Source: Thermoplasmata archaeon
GTDB lineage: Archaea > Thermoplasmatota > Thermoplasmata > Thermoplasmatales > Thermoplasmataceae
DNA: 64,000 nucleotides
Direction of reading: 5' to 3'
NCBI GenBank assembly: GCA_021846395.1
Contig: JAJZXB010000006.1
Location: 26,271 to 90,270 of the forward strand
Part shown: piece after piece, positions 1 to 9,444 of the stretch
How the letters are laid out: each line of letters begins with the position of its first letter
Position numbering within the stretch: the stretch's first letter is position 1
Notes under the pieces: model-generated
What the model was told of the DNA's origin: nothing
Databases searched by the model: none
The model's input: the letters and a program-made list of their open reading frames with translations, nothing else
Made by a program: the position numbers and the translations under genes

Positions 1-746
1 ATTTTTCCTACGATAATGGGTATAAAGTTTTTGAGAATATAAATATTGAAGCTGGAAAGGGAAAGGTCATTGCAATAATAGGCCCATCTGGTATAGGAAA
101 ATCGACACTTTTAAGGATACTGGGAGGATTTTTGAAACCTGATAGTGGCGACGTAAAACTCATGGGAAGGAAATTGAATATGCCAATTCCTGAAGTTGCT
201 TTAATACACCAGAGCATTGTAACATTTCCATGGATGACCGCTGAGGATAATGTGAAACTTGCAATGAAGACAAAAAGAATGACAGGTGATCAAATTGAGG
301 AAAAGGCAAAGGAATCACTTGCCAGAGTTGGACTTGATGGCTTCGAGGAGTTATATCCAAAGGAAATGAGCGGCGGCATGAGACAGAGAGTTGCAATAGC
401 CAGAGCTTTTGCAGCTGATCCGTATGTTTTCCTCATGGATGAGCCATTTGCACATCTTGATGAGCTGACTGCAGAGGGTTTAAGGCAGGATATATACAAT
501 ATTTTATTTAGTGGTGAAACCCCTTTAAAATCTGTTATACTGGTATCTCATAATTTAACTGAGGTTCTGGAATTATCGGATGAAATATATATTTTAAATG
601 GAATACCGGCTTCGGTTGTCGGCAAGGTTAATGTGACAATGAAAAGACCAAGAAATCCCAGAAATGATGAATTCAATGCAAACCTTGATATGCTGTACAA
701 TTACCTTACACCGCCTAGGAAGAGGGAGGAGGTTAAAAAGAAATGA
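1..746 (+). CDS. ABC transporter ATP-binding protein (NitT/TauT-like), 5' end outside window
   Basis: The reading frame is open from nt 3 upstream of the listed ORF. Walker A GPSGIGKST, ABC signature SGGMRQRVAIARA and Walker B FLMDEP are all present. Stop codon at 744-746. Confidence 0.85.
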   Translation, partial: FSYDNGYKVFENINIEAGKGKVIAIIGPSGIGKSTLLRILGGFLKPDSGDVKLMGRKLNMPIPEVALIHQSIVTFPWMTAEDNVKLAMKTKRMTGDQIEEKAKESLARVGLDGFEELYPKEMSGGMRQRVAIARAFAADPYVFLMDEPFAHLDELTAEGLRQDIYNILFSGETPLKSVILVSHNLTEVLELSDEIYILNGIPASVVGKVNVTMKRPRNPRNDEFNANLDMLYNYLTPPRKREEVKKK

Positions 747-755
747 GGAGAGACC

Positions 756-2378
756 ATGAATGTGCTTTTACTTATAATTCTGGCTGTTCTGGCAACAGCT
801 GGCCGCGTTATCGGCCTTGTTATTTTGTCAATAATTACAGGATGGTTTCTCGCTTATGCTTCAATTAAGTCAAAATTTTTTGAAAATGCCTACATCATAA
901 TGATTGAAATTTTTGAATCCGTTCCTGTTATTACCTTTTTCCCCATTGTGCTGGTAATATTTATAGCAAGGATTGGCGGCCCTCTTGGAGTTGAACTTGC
1001 AGGAGATTTTCTTGTTTTCACCGCAGTTGTTTGGAATATATGGATGGGAGAATATCAGGCATTTAAAACAGTGCCAAATGAAATGGTTGAGGTTGCAGAG
1101 AATTCAAATTTCAGCTTATTTCAGAAGCTGAGATATTTATATATCCCCTTCTCAGTTCCGCGAATTGCCGCAAATTTATTCCCAAGTGTTTCCGATGGGT
1201 TCTTTTATATTACAGTAAGCGAGGTTTTTGTAGTGGGCATACATACATATCAATCCTTCGGGGTAGGGTCGGTTCTCAATACATTTGTTGCAAATGCAAA
1301 TAACACTGCAATCGAAGAGACACTGATGGTCCTCGCTATTGTAATATCCATAATTGTGCTCATATTGAGGGAATTCAGTAGATATGCAGTAAGTAGATAT
1401 ACACTGGACAACGATGCACCCATTCTGAAGAGAGGAAGGCTTAACATGAAACAAACTGCAAGGGCATTTTCTGTATTGTCAAAAAATCCACTGAGCAGGC
1501 TGGCCACCTACTATAAATACAGAGAGGCGGATAAGCACGAGGATAAATACGAAAAAACTGTAAAAAGGAAAAAGTATTTAAAATATGTATATGCTTCCAT
1601 GGGCATAATTATATTGGCACTGATTTTATATTCATCTGTATCACTTATAATCTCAGTAAAATCCAGTGAATGGTACATTTTATTTTCAAAAACACCATCA
1701 TTGCTTGTTGGCCTTGGATATGACTATCTAAGAGTTGGGTCCATACTCCTTGTTTCAATGATAATAGCCATATTTCTTGGATATTATCTTGCCGTCAATA
1801 AAAGGGCAGAATATGCCGGGATACCGACTATACAGATAGTAAGTGCGTATCCTGCTCCAATATATTTTCCATTTCTATTCATATTCACTGAACCCTTCAT
1901 ATTTTCAATTTTCGGTGGATTCACAAATGAACTTTATGTTTTGGGTCTTGGATTCGTCAGTACCTTTTATTATGTGCTTTATAGCTTCTGGATGGGAGTA
2001 AAGGCAATGCCATCTGAATACTGGGAGATAACAAAAAACCTGAATATGGGCTTTTTTAAAAAAATGAGGAAAGTTGTTATTCCATCAACCTTTCCATACT
2101 TGATAAGCGGTGTATCATCAACAATAAACAGTGCATGGGGGGGATTAATGATTGGTGAATACTGGCCGCATATATATGGCACACATACACTGTATGTACA
2201 TACAGGTTTGATGAAAACAATAGATTTGTCCACATCATCAGGAAATATAGCCCTGGCAGCATGGGGATCTCTTATCTTTGGTATCATCGTTGCCATATAT
2301 TCAGTTATGTTTACAAGAAAAATGATGGATCTTGCCCAGAAAAAATATGTGGCAGAAGAAGGAGTTTATTCAGCCTGA
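756..2378 (+). CDS. ABC transporter permease, fused two-domain form
   Basis: 540 aa polytopic membrane protein with two EAA-like permease loops (around aa 110-135 and 430-455). Start is 10 nt after the ATPase stop, with an AGGAGG-like SD upstream. Confidence 0.75.
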   Translation: MNVLLLIILAVLATAGRVIGLVILSIITGWFLAYASIKSKFFENAYIIMIEIFESVPVITFFPIVLVIFIARIGGPLGVELAGDFLVFTAVVWNIWMGEYQAFKTVPNEMVEVAENSNFSLFQKLRYLYIPFSVPRIAANLFPSVSDGFFYITVSEVFVVGIHTYQSFGVGSVLNTFVANANNTAIEETLMVLAIVISIIVLILREFSRYAVSRYTLDNDAPILKRGRLNMKQTARAFSVLSKNPLSRLATYYKYREADKHEDKYEKTVKRKKYLKYVYASMGIIILALILYSSVSLIISVKSSEWYILFSKTPSLLVGLGYDYLRVGSILLVSMIIAIFLGYYLAVNKRAEYAGIPTIQIVSAYPAPIYFPFLFIFTEPFIFSIFGGFTNELYVLGLGFVSTFYYVLYSFWMGVKAMPSEYWEITKNLNMGFFKKMRKVVIPSTFPYLISGVSSTINSAWGGLMIGEYWPHIYGTHTLYVHTGLMKTIDLSTSSGNIALAAWGSLIFGIIVAIYSVMFTRKMMDLAQKKYVAEEGVYSA

Positions 2379-2420
2379 ACATAAACAATAATCTTAATAA
2401 CTTTAAAGTTATCCTACCTT

Positions 2421-2894
2421 ATGACGGATGTTATAGACCCGAACGCAAGGATCGCGGATCTTGTGGGTTTGTTGCATGTTTTGAGTAATATTTTTGAGGG
2501 AAAGACTAATTTATTTGAACTTGAAAAGGAGATGGAGGTTGATCTGGATGATTTAATGCCCATAGTTTATACTGCATCAAATCTTGGATTTGTCCATTCT
2601 GAGTCAGGAGACATATCAATCACAAACCTGGGAATAAGTTATATAAAATCTGGAATTGTTCAGAGAAAGAAGATTATCAGAGATATTTTAATAAATATTG
2701 AGCCATTTAAAAGTGCCATGGAACTCAAAATCTTTGAACTTGATGAAATAATGGAAAGGCTGATGGAAAATGGAGTTCAGACTTTTAATAACCCCGGTGG
2801 AAATCACGACCTTGAAGTAATCTTGATTGAGTGGGGGATTTATTCAAAATTTCTGTATAAATCAGACAATGGTTTTGAGGTTAAATTTAATTAA
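2421..2894 (+). CDS. ABC-transporter-associated 'AAA-associated C-terminal' domain protein, encoded separately
   Basis: 157 aa. The segment LVGLLHVL...LFELEKEMEVDLDDLMPIVYTASNLGFV...GDISITNLG matches the C-terminal accessory domain normally fused to NitT/TauT-type ABC ATPases. Same operon orientation as the ATPase and permease. Confidence 0.5.
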   Translation: MTDVIDPNARIADLVGLLHVLSNIFEGKTNLFELEKEMEVDLDDLMPIVYTASNLGFVHSESGDISITNLGISYIKSGIVQRKKIIRDILINIEPFKSAMELKIFELDEIMERLMENGVQTFNNPGGNHDLEVILIEWGIYSKFLYKSDNGFEVKFN

Positions 2895-3009
2895 TATCCC
2901 TGCAAATATGTCTGGAATGCATGGGAACTGAATAAAATCCAAATTTTTGCATAAAATATAGGTGTTTGAAATTTCATATAGTTTTTATAATATATCACTA
3001 TTTAAAATC

Positions 3010-4377
3010 ATGAGAAATAACATGAATAAACTGGAAGGAACCTATTCCGGAAGATATATATCCGGCCATGTACCGGAAAATGTTTTTCCTGAAAATGGAA
3101 TATCATCAAGAGCGGCGTATGAATTCATTCATGAGGAATTGAATCTGGATGGAAACCCAGAACTTAACCTTGCAACTTTTGTTACAACATGGATGGAACC
3201 GGAAGCAGATAAATTATACATGGAAAATGCGCATAAAAATTTCATTGATAATTTTGAATATCCACAGATAAAAAAAATTGAAACAAGGATTGTAAGAATT
3301 CTCTCAGAATTATACAGTTTAAAGGATGAAAATAAATTCTTTGGAGCTTCAACCATAGGTTCTTCTGAATCAATAATGCTTGCCCTTTTAGCACAAAAAT
3401 GGAACTGGAAAAATAAAATGAAATCAGAAGGGAAGGATTGCTCAAATCCAAATATTGTTTTTGGAGCAGATACGCATGTTGTATGGGATAAATTTGCAAG
3501 ATATTTTGATGTTGAGCCAAAAATTGTGCCACTTGATGAGAATACATTGAGGGTGAGCCCTGAAAAACTGGTTTCAATGGTGGATGAAAACACAATAGCA
3601 GTGGGAGCTGTCATGGGGACAACATTTACTGGAGCGTATGATGATGTAAAAAAAATAAATGAATTGCTGGAAGATCTAAAAAATAAAACAGGGAATGATG
3701 TGCCAATTCATGTTGACGCTGCCAGTGGTGGATTTATTACACCGTTTATTGAGCCGGAACTTGAATGGGATTTCAGGCTGAATCACGTAAAATCGATAAA
3801 TGTTTCCGGGCATAAATTCGGTCTGGTATACCCGGGACTTGGGTGGATTTTATTCAGGGATAGAAAGGACCTTCCAGAAGATCTGATGTTTTACGTAAAC
3901 TATCTGGGAGATGAAATGCCAACATACACCTTAAACTTTTCAAGAAGTTCGTCAAATATAGCAGCACAGTATTACAACATACTGAGAATGGGGAAAGCAG
4001 GGTACAAAAAAATTGCAGAGAATGTAATGGATAATGCGAAATATCTCGCAGAAAAGCTGAAAAATGTCAAAGATATTGAACTTGTAAGTGCTGCAGAACA
4101 TATACCGGTAATAACCTTCAGAAAAGTAAGTGAGGACGAATACTCACTTTTTGACCTTTCATCTGAAATGAAAAAGTTTGGATGGATCATACCCGCATAC
4201 TCCTTGCCAGAAAATGCCAGCCACATGGTTTTAATGAGAATTGTTGTTAGAGAGGGTTTGAGCATGGATATGATTGATCTTTTATATGATAATATACTGG
4301 AAGGCATTAAAAACCTTCAGGGGAATGCTGATAAAATGAGACAAATATCTCCAAGAAAGGGTCATTTTGTGAGCTGA
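3010..4377 (+). CDS. gadB: glutamate decarboxylase (PLP-dependent)
   Basis: The N-terminal region (GNPELNLATFVTTWMEPEADKL) and the PLP-lysine motif NVSGHKFGLVYPGLGWILFRD are characteristic of GAD. The start was moved from the ORF-track Met (2962) to internal Met 3010 (MRNNMNK); this is uncertain. Confidence 0.85.
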   Translation: MRNNMNKLEGTYSGRYISGHVPENVFPENGISSRAAYEFIHEELNLDGNPELNLATFVTTWMEPEADKLYMENAHKNFIDNFEYPQIKKIETRIVRILSELYSLKDENKFFGASTIGSSESIMLALLAQKWNWKNKMKSEGKDCSNPNIVFGADTHVVWDKFARYFDVEPKIVPLDENTLRVSPEKLVSMVDENTIAVGAVMGTTFTGAYDDVKKINELLEDLKNKTGNDVPIHVDAASGGFITPFIEPELEWDFRLNHVKSINVSGHKFGLVYPGLGWILFRDRKDLPEDLMFYVNYLGDEMPTYTLNFSRSSSNIAAQYYNILRMGKAGYKKIAENVMDNAKYLAEKLKNVKDIELVSAAEHIPVITFRKVSEDEYSLFDLSSEMKKFGWIIPAYSLPENASHMVLMRIVVREGLSMDMIDLLYDNILEGIKNLQGNADKMRQISPRKGHFVS

Positions 4378-4442
4378 TGTTATTTTAAAATAATTTTTAA
4401 ATTAAAAAAATATTAAATATTACATGATAAATGTGGTAGTAT

Positions 4443-4637
4443 ATGATACCTGATGACTACAAAATAGTTAAAATCTGCCCACAGTGTGGATCACCTAAAA
4501 TTAACTGGATAAATGGAGGCATAGGTGGGCCGGTTTATAAATGCGATGATTGCAATTATGTAGGTGCATTTATTCTGGAAGTTCGCCTAAAAGATATACA
4601 AAAATTTCAAAGGGAAATGCGTGAAAATAGGCGTTGA
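4443..4637 (+). CDS. small zinc-ribbon protein (CPxCG...CDDC)
   Basis: 64 aa with two Cys pairs, ICPQCGS...YKCDDCNY. No further assignment. Confidence 0.35.
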   Translation: MIPDDYKIVKICPQCGSPKINWINGGIGGPVYKCDDCNYVGAFILEVRLKDIQKFQREMRENRR

Positions 4638-4754
4638 ATTTCAAAAATTTTAGTTATAATTTTATTGCAATATTTAATAATAGTGCTGTATTATTATGAG
4701 TGGGTTGCTTAAGGCAAAAACAGTGAAATCTATATTTAAATAATAATTTCATAG

Positions 4755-4827
4755 TGGGGCCGTCCGAATTTGAATCGGAGTCACCAACACCCCAAGCTGG
4801 TAGGATACCAAGCTACCCCACGGCCCC
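4755..4827 (-). tRNA. tRNA-Pro (anticodon GGG)
   Basis: The minus strand folds as a cloverleaf: acceptor GGGGCCG/CGGCCCC, D-arm GGGT/ATCC, anticodon stem CCAGC/GTTGG with loop UUGGGGU (U33, anticodon GGG, G37), T-arm TCCGA-TTCAAAT-TCGGA, discriminator A. CCA is not encoded. Confidence 0.8.
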
Positions 4828-4919
4828 ACATAGTCTGGTATTTCACTTTAGAATATAAAAATTTTTAATTCAAAATATGAAATAAAAACATAAAATAACA
4901 TCAATACTTAAGTATAAAG

Positions 4920-5870
4920 ATGAATTTTCAATTCATGGAAATGCATAATGATTATATTGAATCGAATGCCCTTAAAAATAATCCATTGAATGATAAATTT
5001 AAAAGAGAAATTATAAGAATAGAAAATAATGTTAAGGATAGTACGCCGGTATTCATTGGCCTGGCAGGCTTCTTTGGAAGTGCAGGAAGCTTTATGAACA
5101 AAAGCTATACAAACATTGATTTTTATGGCGTTCTGGAAAAATTAAAGGAAAAATATGGCTTTGTCATTATATTGCCTGATACAATGACCTATTACAGAGG
5201 CAATCAATATCTAAATTCTCCAGCTGTTGGTAATTATGAGGATTTTTTAACGTCAGAATTAATAGATTATATAAGGAAAAAATATGGAAAAAGGGATATA
5301 TACCTGTTTGGAAAGTCTTCAGGAGGTTTCGGGTCAATTATGCTATCCATTGGGCACAGGGATATTTTCAAAGGGTTTATAGATGTTTCAGGCGATTCCT
5401 ATTTTACATATTCATATATGCAGGATTTTCCAACTGCCTACAGTGTGTTGAAGAAAGGTGGACTGGAAATGTTTTTGAAGGAGTTCAATAATAAATTTAC
5501 ACATACACAGGATGAGCTGGCCGCAATGAATGTAATTGCCATGTCAGCTTTCTATTCATTCAATGACAAAGGGTTCGATTTACCATTCAATTTAACTGAT
5601 GGATCCCTGAATGAAGAAATATGGAATAAATGGTTGATGCATGATCCAGTTAAGGTATTGCAGCAAAAATTTAGAAATATTCAAGGGAAAAAAATTATTT
5701 TGCAAACAGGAATTTATGATGAATATAAAATGTACATAGGCATGAACATGATACACAACATACTGAATGAAAAAAATATAGAGCATAAATATATGGAATA
5801 TCCGGCAGGTCATTTCAATACAAATCACTTTTACCTTGATTCATTCCCGGAAATTCTAAAAAACTATTAA
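4920..5870 (+). CDS. alpha/beta-hydrolase, putative esterase family
   Basis: 316 aa with a nucleophile elbow GKSSGG and overall resemblance to esterase-D/enterochelin-esterase-like hydrolases. Confidence 0.55.
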   Translation: MNFQFMEMHNDYIESNALKNNPLNDKFKREIIRIENNVKDSTPVFIGLAGFFGSAGSFMNKSYTNIDFYGVLEKLKEKYGFVIILPDTMTYYRGNQYLNSPAVGNYEDFLTSELIDYIRKKYGKRDIYLFGKSSGGFGSIMLSIGHRDIFKGFIDVSGDSYFTYSYMQDFPTAYSVLKKGGLEMFLKEFNNKFTHTQDELAAMNVIAMSAFYSFNDKGFDLPFNLTDGSLNEEIWNKWLMHDPVKVLQQKFRNIQGKKIILQTGIYDEYKMYIGMNMIHNILNEKNIEHKYMEYPAGHFNTNHFYLDSFPEILKNY

Positions 5871-5880
5871 AAAATAAAAT

Positions 5881-6099
5881 TTAATAAGATATTACTTCGT
5901 CGATTAAATCTGCATTTGACAGAATCATTCTTCTGCAGCAATATCTTTCCACACCAAGATCGTCCAGTATTTTTGACTTTTCCTTTCCATTTGGTTCATG
6001 GCCGATCTCATTTATTATTTTTCTTGATTCCTCGGCGAATCTAACGTAATCCGAGGCAATAACTCTTCCACAGCTGAAACATCTTATTGGAATTATCAT
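5881..6099 (-). CDS. rpoN: DNA-directed RNA polymerase subunit N (Rpb10 homolog)
   Basis: MIIPIRCFSCGRVI...RYCCRRMIL matches the archaeal RpoN consensus. Start trimmed to the internal Met at 6099, which is preceded by GGTGAT. Confidence 0.85.
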   Translation of the reverse strand: MIIPIRCFSCGRVIASDYVRFAEESRKIINEIGHEPNGKEKSKILDDLGVERYCCRRMILSNADLIDEVISY

Positions 6100-6103
6100 A
6101 ATA

Positions 6104-6505
6104 TCACCTGTATGATTTCTGCCTTTTTGCTCTGGCTCCTGATCCCATGGGCTTCTTTGGCATTTTTCTCCTAATATCATTTACAAGCATGGTTCTATCG
6201 TATACCCTGAATGTATTTTCAAGTTCATCATCTTTGAAGTATTTAATGATTCCCTTTGATATTGCGGTTCTGCATGCATCCGTTTGACCTGTATTTCCTC
6301 CACCTTGAACGGATACATCTATATCTATTTCGTTCGAACGGTCACCCAGAATTCTCAGTGGCTCCATCAATTTATTTCGTAAAAGTTCTATTGGATACAG
6401 TTCAATTGGAATACCATTTATCAGTATCTTGCCAGTTCCCTTACGTGTAACTGCCCTTGCTGTTGCAGTTTTCCTTTTCCCAATTGTTAAAATATTATTA
6501 TTCAT
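6104..6505 (-). CDS. rps9: 30S ribosomal protein S9 (uS9)
   Basis: GKRKTATARA...GGGNTGQ...KRQKSYR C-terminus. Start set to the internal Met 6505, which overlaps the L13 stop as ATGAATAA. Confidence 0.9.
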   Translation of the reverse strand: MNNNILTIGKRKTATARAVTRKGTGKILINGIPIELYPIELLRNKLMEPLRILGDRSNEIDIDVSVQGGGNTGQTDACRTAISKGIIKYFKDDELENTFRVYDRTMLVNDIRRKMPKKPMGSGARAKRQKSYR

Positions 6506-6923
6506 GAGTCTCACCCAGTATTTTTGATATCTCTCCAAGGCTGACAAATCCAGTGGCATTATTGTTTAATGCCTTTTCAACCTTTACAAATTCCTTACCT
6601 TCTAGAGATTTGGGTATATGTGAATAGACAATACATTTCTTGTATGCATTCAGTCCCCTTGTTTTTTTTACAGGAAGCATTCCTTTTATTCCCCTTCTAA
6701 GTATCTGGTCAGGTGTCTTTGGGTAATATGGACCTTTTCTAACACTTCCAATATTCCTCAAATGCTTGAATTTTTCCAGAACAAGGCTTCTTTTTCCTGT
6801 AATAACAACCTTTGAAGCATTAACTATTATAATTTCCTCACCGTTAAGCAACTGCTTTGCAACGTATGAAGACAACCTCCCATAAATATTATTTTCAGCA
6901 TCTATATAAAGCATTTTTATCAC
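6498..6923 (-). CDS. rpl13: 50S ribosomal protein L13 (uL13)
   Basis: 141 aa with typical uL13 N-terminus (IDAEN..GRL.S..A..LL.G..I.VVNA). Confidence 0.9.
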   Translation of the reverse strand: MIKMLYIDAENNIYGRLSSYVAKQLLNGEEIIIVNASKVVITGKRSLVLEKFKHLRNIGSVRKGPYYPKTPDQILRRGIKGMLPVKKTRGLNAYKKCIVYSHIPKSLEGKEFVKVEKALNNNATGFVSLGEISKILGETHE

Positions 6924-7288
6924 CTGATTATTTTTATATCTGTTCCCCTTGGATTTTCTCTGGCTAAATTCGCCAGTTCCACATATTCTGATCCAGATTT
7001 TTCCAATTTTTCAATAGCCTTTGAAGATGCTTTTAATGCAGATATTTTGATCTTTTTATCAAATATGCCTGCCGACAGTAAAAATCCAGGAATAACCACT
7101 GTATCACCGTCTTTAACCATACTGTTTAACTTGCCAAGATTGACATTTGCATAATTTCTTCTTGAAGAATTCAAACGAATGGATATATCCCTCCAAAAAG
7201 GCGAATTACCCTCTCGCGATCTTTCAAGCAAATTGTTAATTACGTTTATTAAATAAACGCTTGTCTTTTTCTCTACTTTGATCGACAT
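6920..7288 (-). CDS. rpl18e: 50S ribosomal protein L18e (eL18)
   Basis: About 122 aa from the internal Met (MSIKVEKK...); the conserved L18e-L13-S9-RpoN archaeal order supports the call. Confidence 0.75.
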   Translation of the reverse strand: MSIKVEKKTSVYLINVINNLLERSREGNSPFWRDISIRLNSSRRNYANVNLGKLNSMVKDGDTVVIPGFLLSAGIFDKKIKISALKASSKAIEKLEKSGSEYVELANLARENPRGTDIKIIR

Positions 7289-7544
7289 ATTTCGGTATTG
7301 GTAATTTATTAATAAATTTATTGAATTGTAATCAATATAGGTTCGGTCTTCTGGATTTGTGTTCCAGCTGAAATGCAACATAAAATCCAGTTATTTTAAA
7401 AAGATCATCATGAAATGAAAACTCAGGTGAGTGAAAAATGTTTTCAATAGAGGCAGTGAACCCTACTGGCATAAAATGCAGGCAATCTTCCCATTCCTCA
7501 CCAAATATTATTAAATCTATCACCATGATAGTTAATTTTTCAAA

Positions 7545-7850
7545 TTATCTATATTTGCTGTAGTCATATATGAGGTTTATAAGGCTTCTTTCCATTTCTG
7601 CAGAAATAACTCCATCATTTTTCTTTTTTATTATAAATTCCTTTGCCTCCTTTGTACCCTGCTTTGAAATAATTGAATATATGCTTCCTTTCATAGCGCC
7701 CCTTGTGCTTTCCGGTAATTCGTTGACAATGTTGCCAAGCATATGATTGAACTCATCATTCTTTCTCATGTCAAGCTTTTTAATATCAATTTTTTGATTG
7801 TTCCTGTAATTTTTATTGTTATTTCTATTCTTAAATCTATTTTTATTCAT
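7545..7850 (-). CDS. hypothetical basic protein (K/N/R-rich N-terminus)
   Basis: 101 aa, no recognisable motif. It sits where archaea usually encode rpoD upstream of L18e. Confidence 0.3.
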   Translation of the reverse strand: MNKNRFKNRNNNKNYRNNQKIDIKKLDMRKNDEFNHMLGNIVNELPESTRGAMKGSIYSIISKQGTKEAKEFIIKKKNDGVISAEMERSLINLIYDYSKYR

Positions 7851-8147
7851 CCGTATTTAATAATGTTAAAACGATATTTAATATTTGCTAAACAGTATAT
7901 CTCAGTCCACAAGTCACCTATCAGGAAATAATAAAGTTGTCATCTTTAATTCCAGATTGTTTTATAAATAATAAAGAGTTTATATAAACTATAAAACTTC
8001 AGCATTTCAGATGGGAATAGTGGACAGGTAAGATTGTTGAGGGACGAGGCAAACATTTTCTGGATAGGAAATGATACAACAAACTGTATATAAGAGCTAA
8101 CAAGTTCCATTTTTGCTTCACTTTAATCATAAATTTTTTTATCCATA

Positions 8148-9176
8148 ATGATATTTGTTTTTATGAAATCTCTGTGTTTTAATGGCCATCCAAGAAAAAA
8201 TGACGAGTTAATATGCAATATTTGTAATTCTCCATTTGAAATCATTCCAGACAACAAATACAGAGATGAATTGAGTCATAATTTTGAATATATAACCAAA
8301 TGGATTGGCCTGGGCGAGGTTCAGACACCTGTTCTGAATTTTGGAAATTTATCATTTAAGCTTGATTATTTCTCGCCCACATTTTCATATAAAGATCGTG
8401 GTTCAAGGAATTTAATATCGTATTTATTGACAAACAGGGAAAAATTCAAAGGTGATTTAAATGAGGATTCATCTGGCAATGCCGGAGCATCAATCTCAGC
8501 CTATGGAAAAAGCGCAGGATTCAATATAAACATATTTGTTCCGGAAAATGCAAATATTTCAAAATTGAGCCAGATAAAGGCTTATGGCGCAAATATCATA
8601 AAGGTTCATGGTTCAAGGGATGATGTTCAAATTTCGGCTCAGAAACATAAAGGCAATTATATATCCCATGTTTTGAGGCCAGAATTCAGGGATGGCATTA
8701 GAACGCTTGCATATGAAATATTCAATCAAAGTGAAAGGATGCCGGATAATATTTTTGTTCCCGTATCTGCCGGAACATTGTTGCTTGGTCTGTATTCCGG
8801 AATGGAGCATCTATACAACTCCGGTGAAATATCGAAAATTCCGTCAATAATTGCTGTACAGCCAGATAATATTTCTCCCTTATGTTCCAAAGTAAATGCT
8901 GCTGAATACGATCCGGGCAATAAGTTAACATCAATTGCTGATGCCCTTGTATCAAAAAGGCCAATGCTGCTGGATAAAATGTACAGTGTTATTAAAAACC
9001 ATGGAAAATGCATAGGTGTTTCAGAAGATGAAATAATAAAATCCAGAAATGATCTTGCATTGATGGGAATTTATACAGAATACAGTTCTGCAACGGTTTA
9101 TGCAGCATATAAAAAGCATAATTTTGATAATAAATCATTATTAATATTGACTGGAAACGGCCTTAAAAATTCATAA
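8148..9176 (+). CDS. thrC: threonine synthase-like PLP enzyme (fold type II) with N-terminal zinc ribbon
   Basis: PLP-lysine motif SPTFSYKDRG and an N-terminal C...C / CNICNSP ribbon as in archaeal ThrC. 342 aa is short for ThrC, so the assignment is tentative. Confidence 0.55.
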   Translation: MIFVFMKSLCFNGHPRKNDELICNICNSPFEIIPDNKYRDELSHNFEYITKWIGLGEVQTPVLNFGNLSFKLDYFSPTFSYKDRGSRNLISYLLTNREKFKGDLNEDSSGNAGASISAYGKSAGFNINIFVPENANISKLSQIKAYGANIIKVHGSRDDVQISAQKHKGNYISHVLRPEFRDGIRTLAYEIFNQSERMPDNIFVPVSAGTLLLGLYSGMEHLYNSGEISKIPSIIAVQPDNISPLCSKVNAAEYDPGNKLTSIADALVSKRPMLLDKMYSVIKNHGKCIGVSEDEIIKSRNDLALMGIYTEYSSATVYAAYKKHNFDNKSLLILTGNGLKNS

Positions 9177-9300
9177 ATTTAACCAGCCCATTATGAGTGC
9201 TGTTTACGGTTCAGGCAAACTAAAAATGCAAAGAATAGGCAAAAAACTGCAATGAGTGGGTTTACATAAATCATGAAAATATTATTAAATAATTATTATA

Positions 9301-9410
9301 CCGATATTGTTATAATGCCGATATTGTTATAATGCCGATATTGTTATAATGCCGATATTGTTATAATGCCGATATTGTTATAATGCCGATATTGTTATAA
9401 TGCCGATATT
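9301..9410. repeat. perfect tandem repeat, 17-bp unit CCGATATTGTTATAATG x6 plus a partial copy
   Basis: Read directly: six identical 17-mers (9301-9402) and a partial seventh, in the convergent intergenic region between the thrC-like gene and osmC. Confidence 0.9.
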
Positions 9411-9444
9411 TTTCTATTTCCCATTCTTCATAGAATTAATGAAT

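Noticed and set aside
160-499. Antisense ORFs inside the ABC ATPase gene (160..396 -, 290..499 -), with similar nested antisense ORFs throughout (e.g. 1176..1507, 3129..3614, 16256..16639, 24274..24468, 25613..25873, 29234..30421, 36687..37577, 52385..53277)
   Set aside because: They lie entirely within strongly supported genes on the opposite strand and show no motifs; they are typical shadow ORFs.
2261-2488. 75-aa ORF spanning the permease 3' end and the next gene start
   Set aside because: It overlaps two well-supported same-strand genes out of frame and has an Arg/Cys-rich nonsense composition.
4755-4827. Plus-strand reading of the tRNA-Pro region
   Set aside because: Only the minus strand gives a D-arm and a U33-GGG-G37 loop; the plus strand lacks a D-arm.
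9301-9410. Possible CRISPR array
   Set aside because: The 17-bp unit is directly tandem with no spacers, every copy is identical, and there are no cas genes nearby. It is called a tandem repeat instead.
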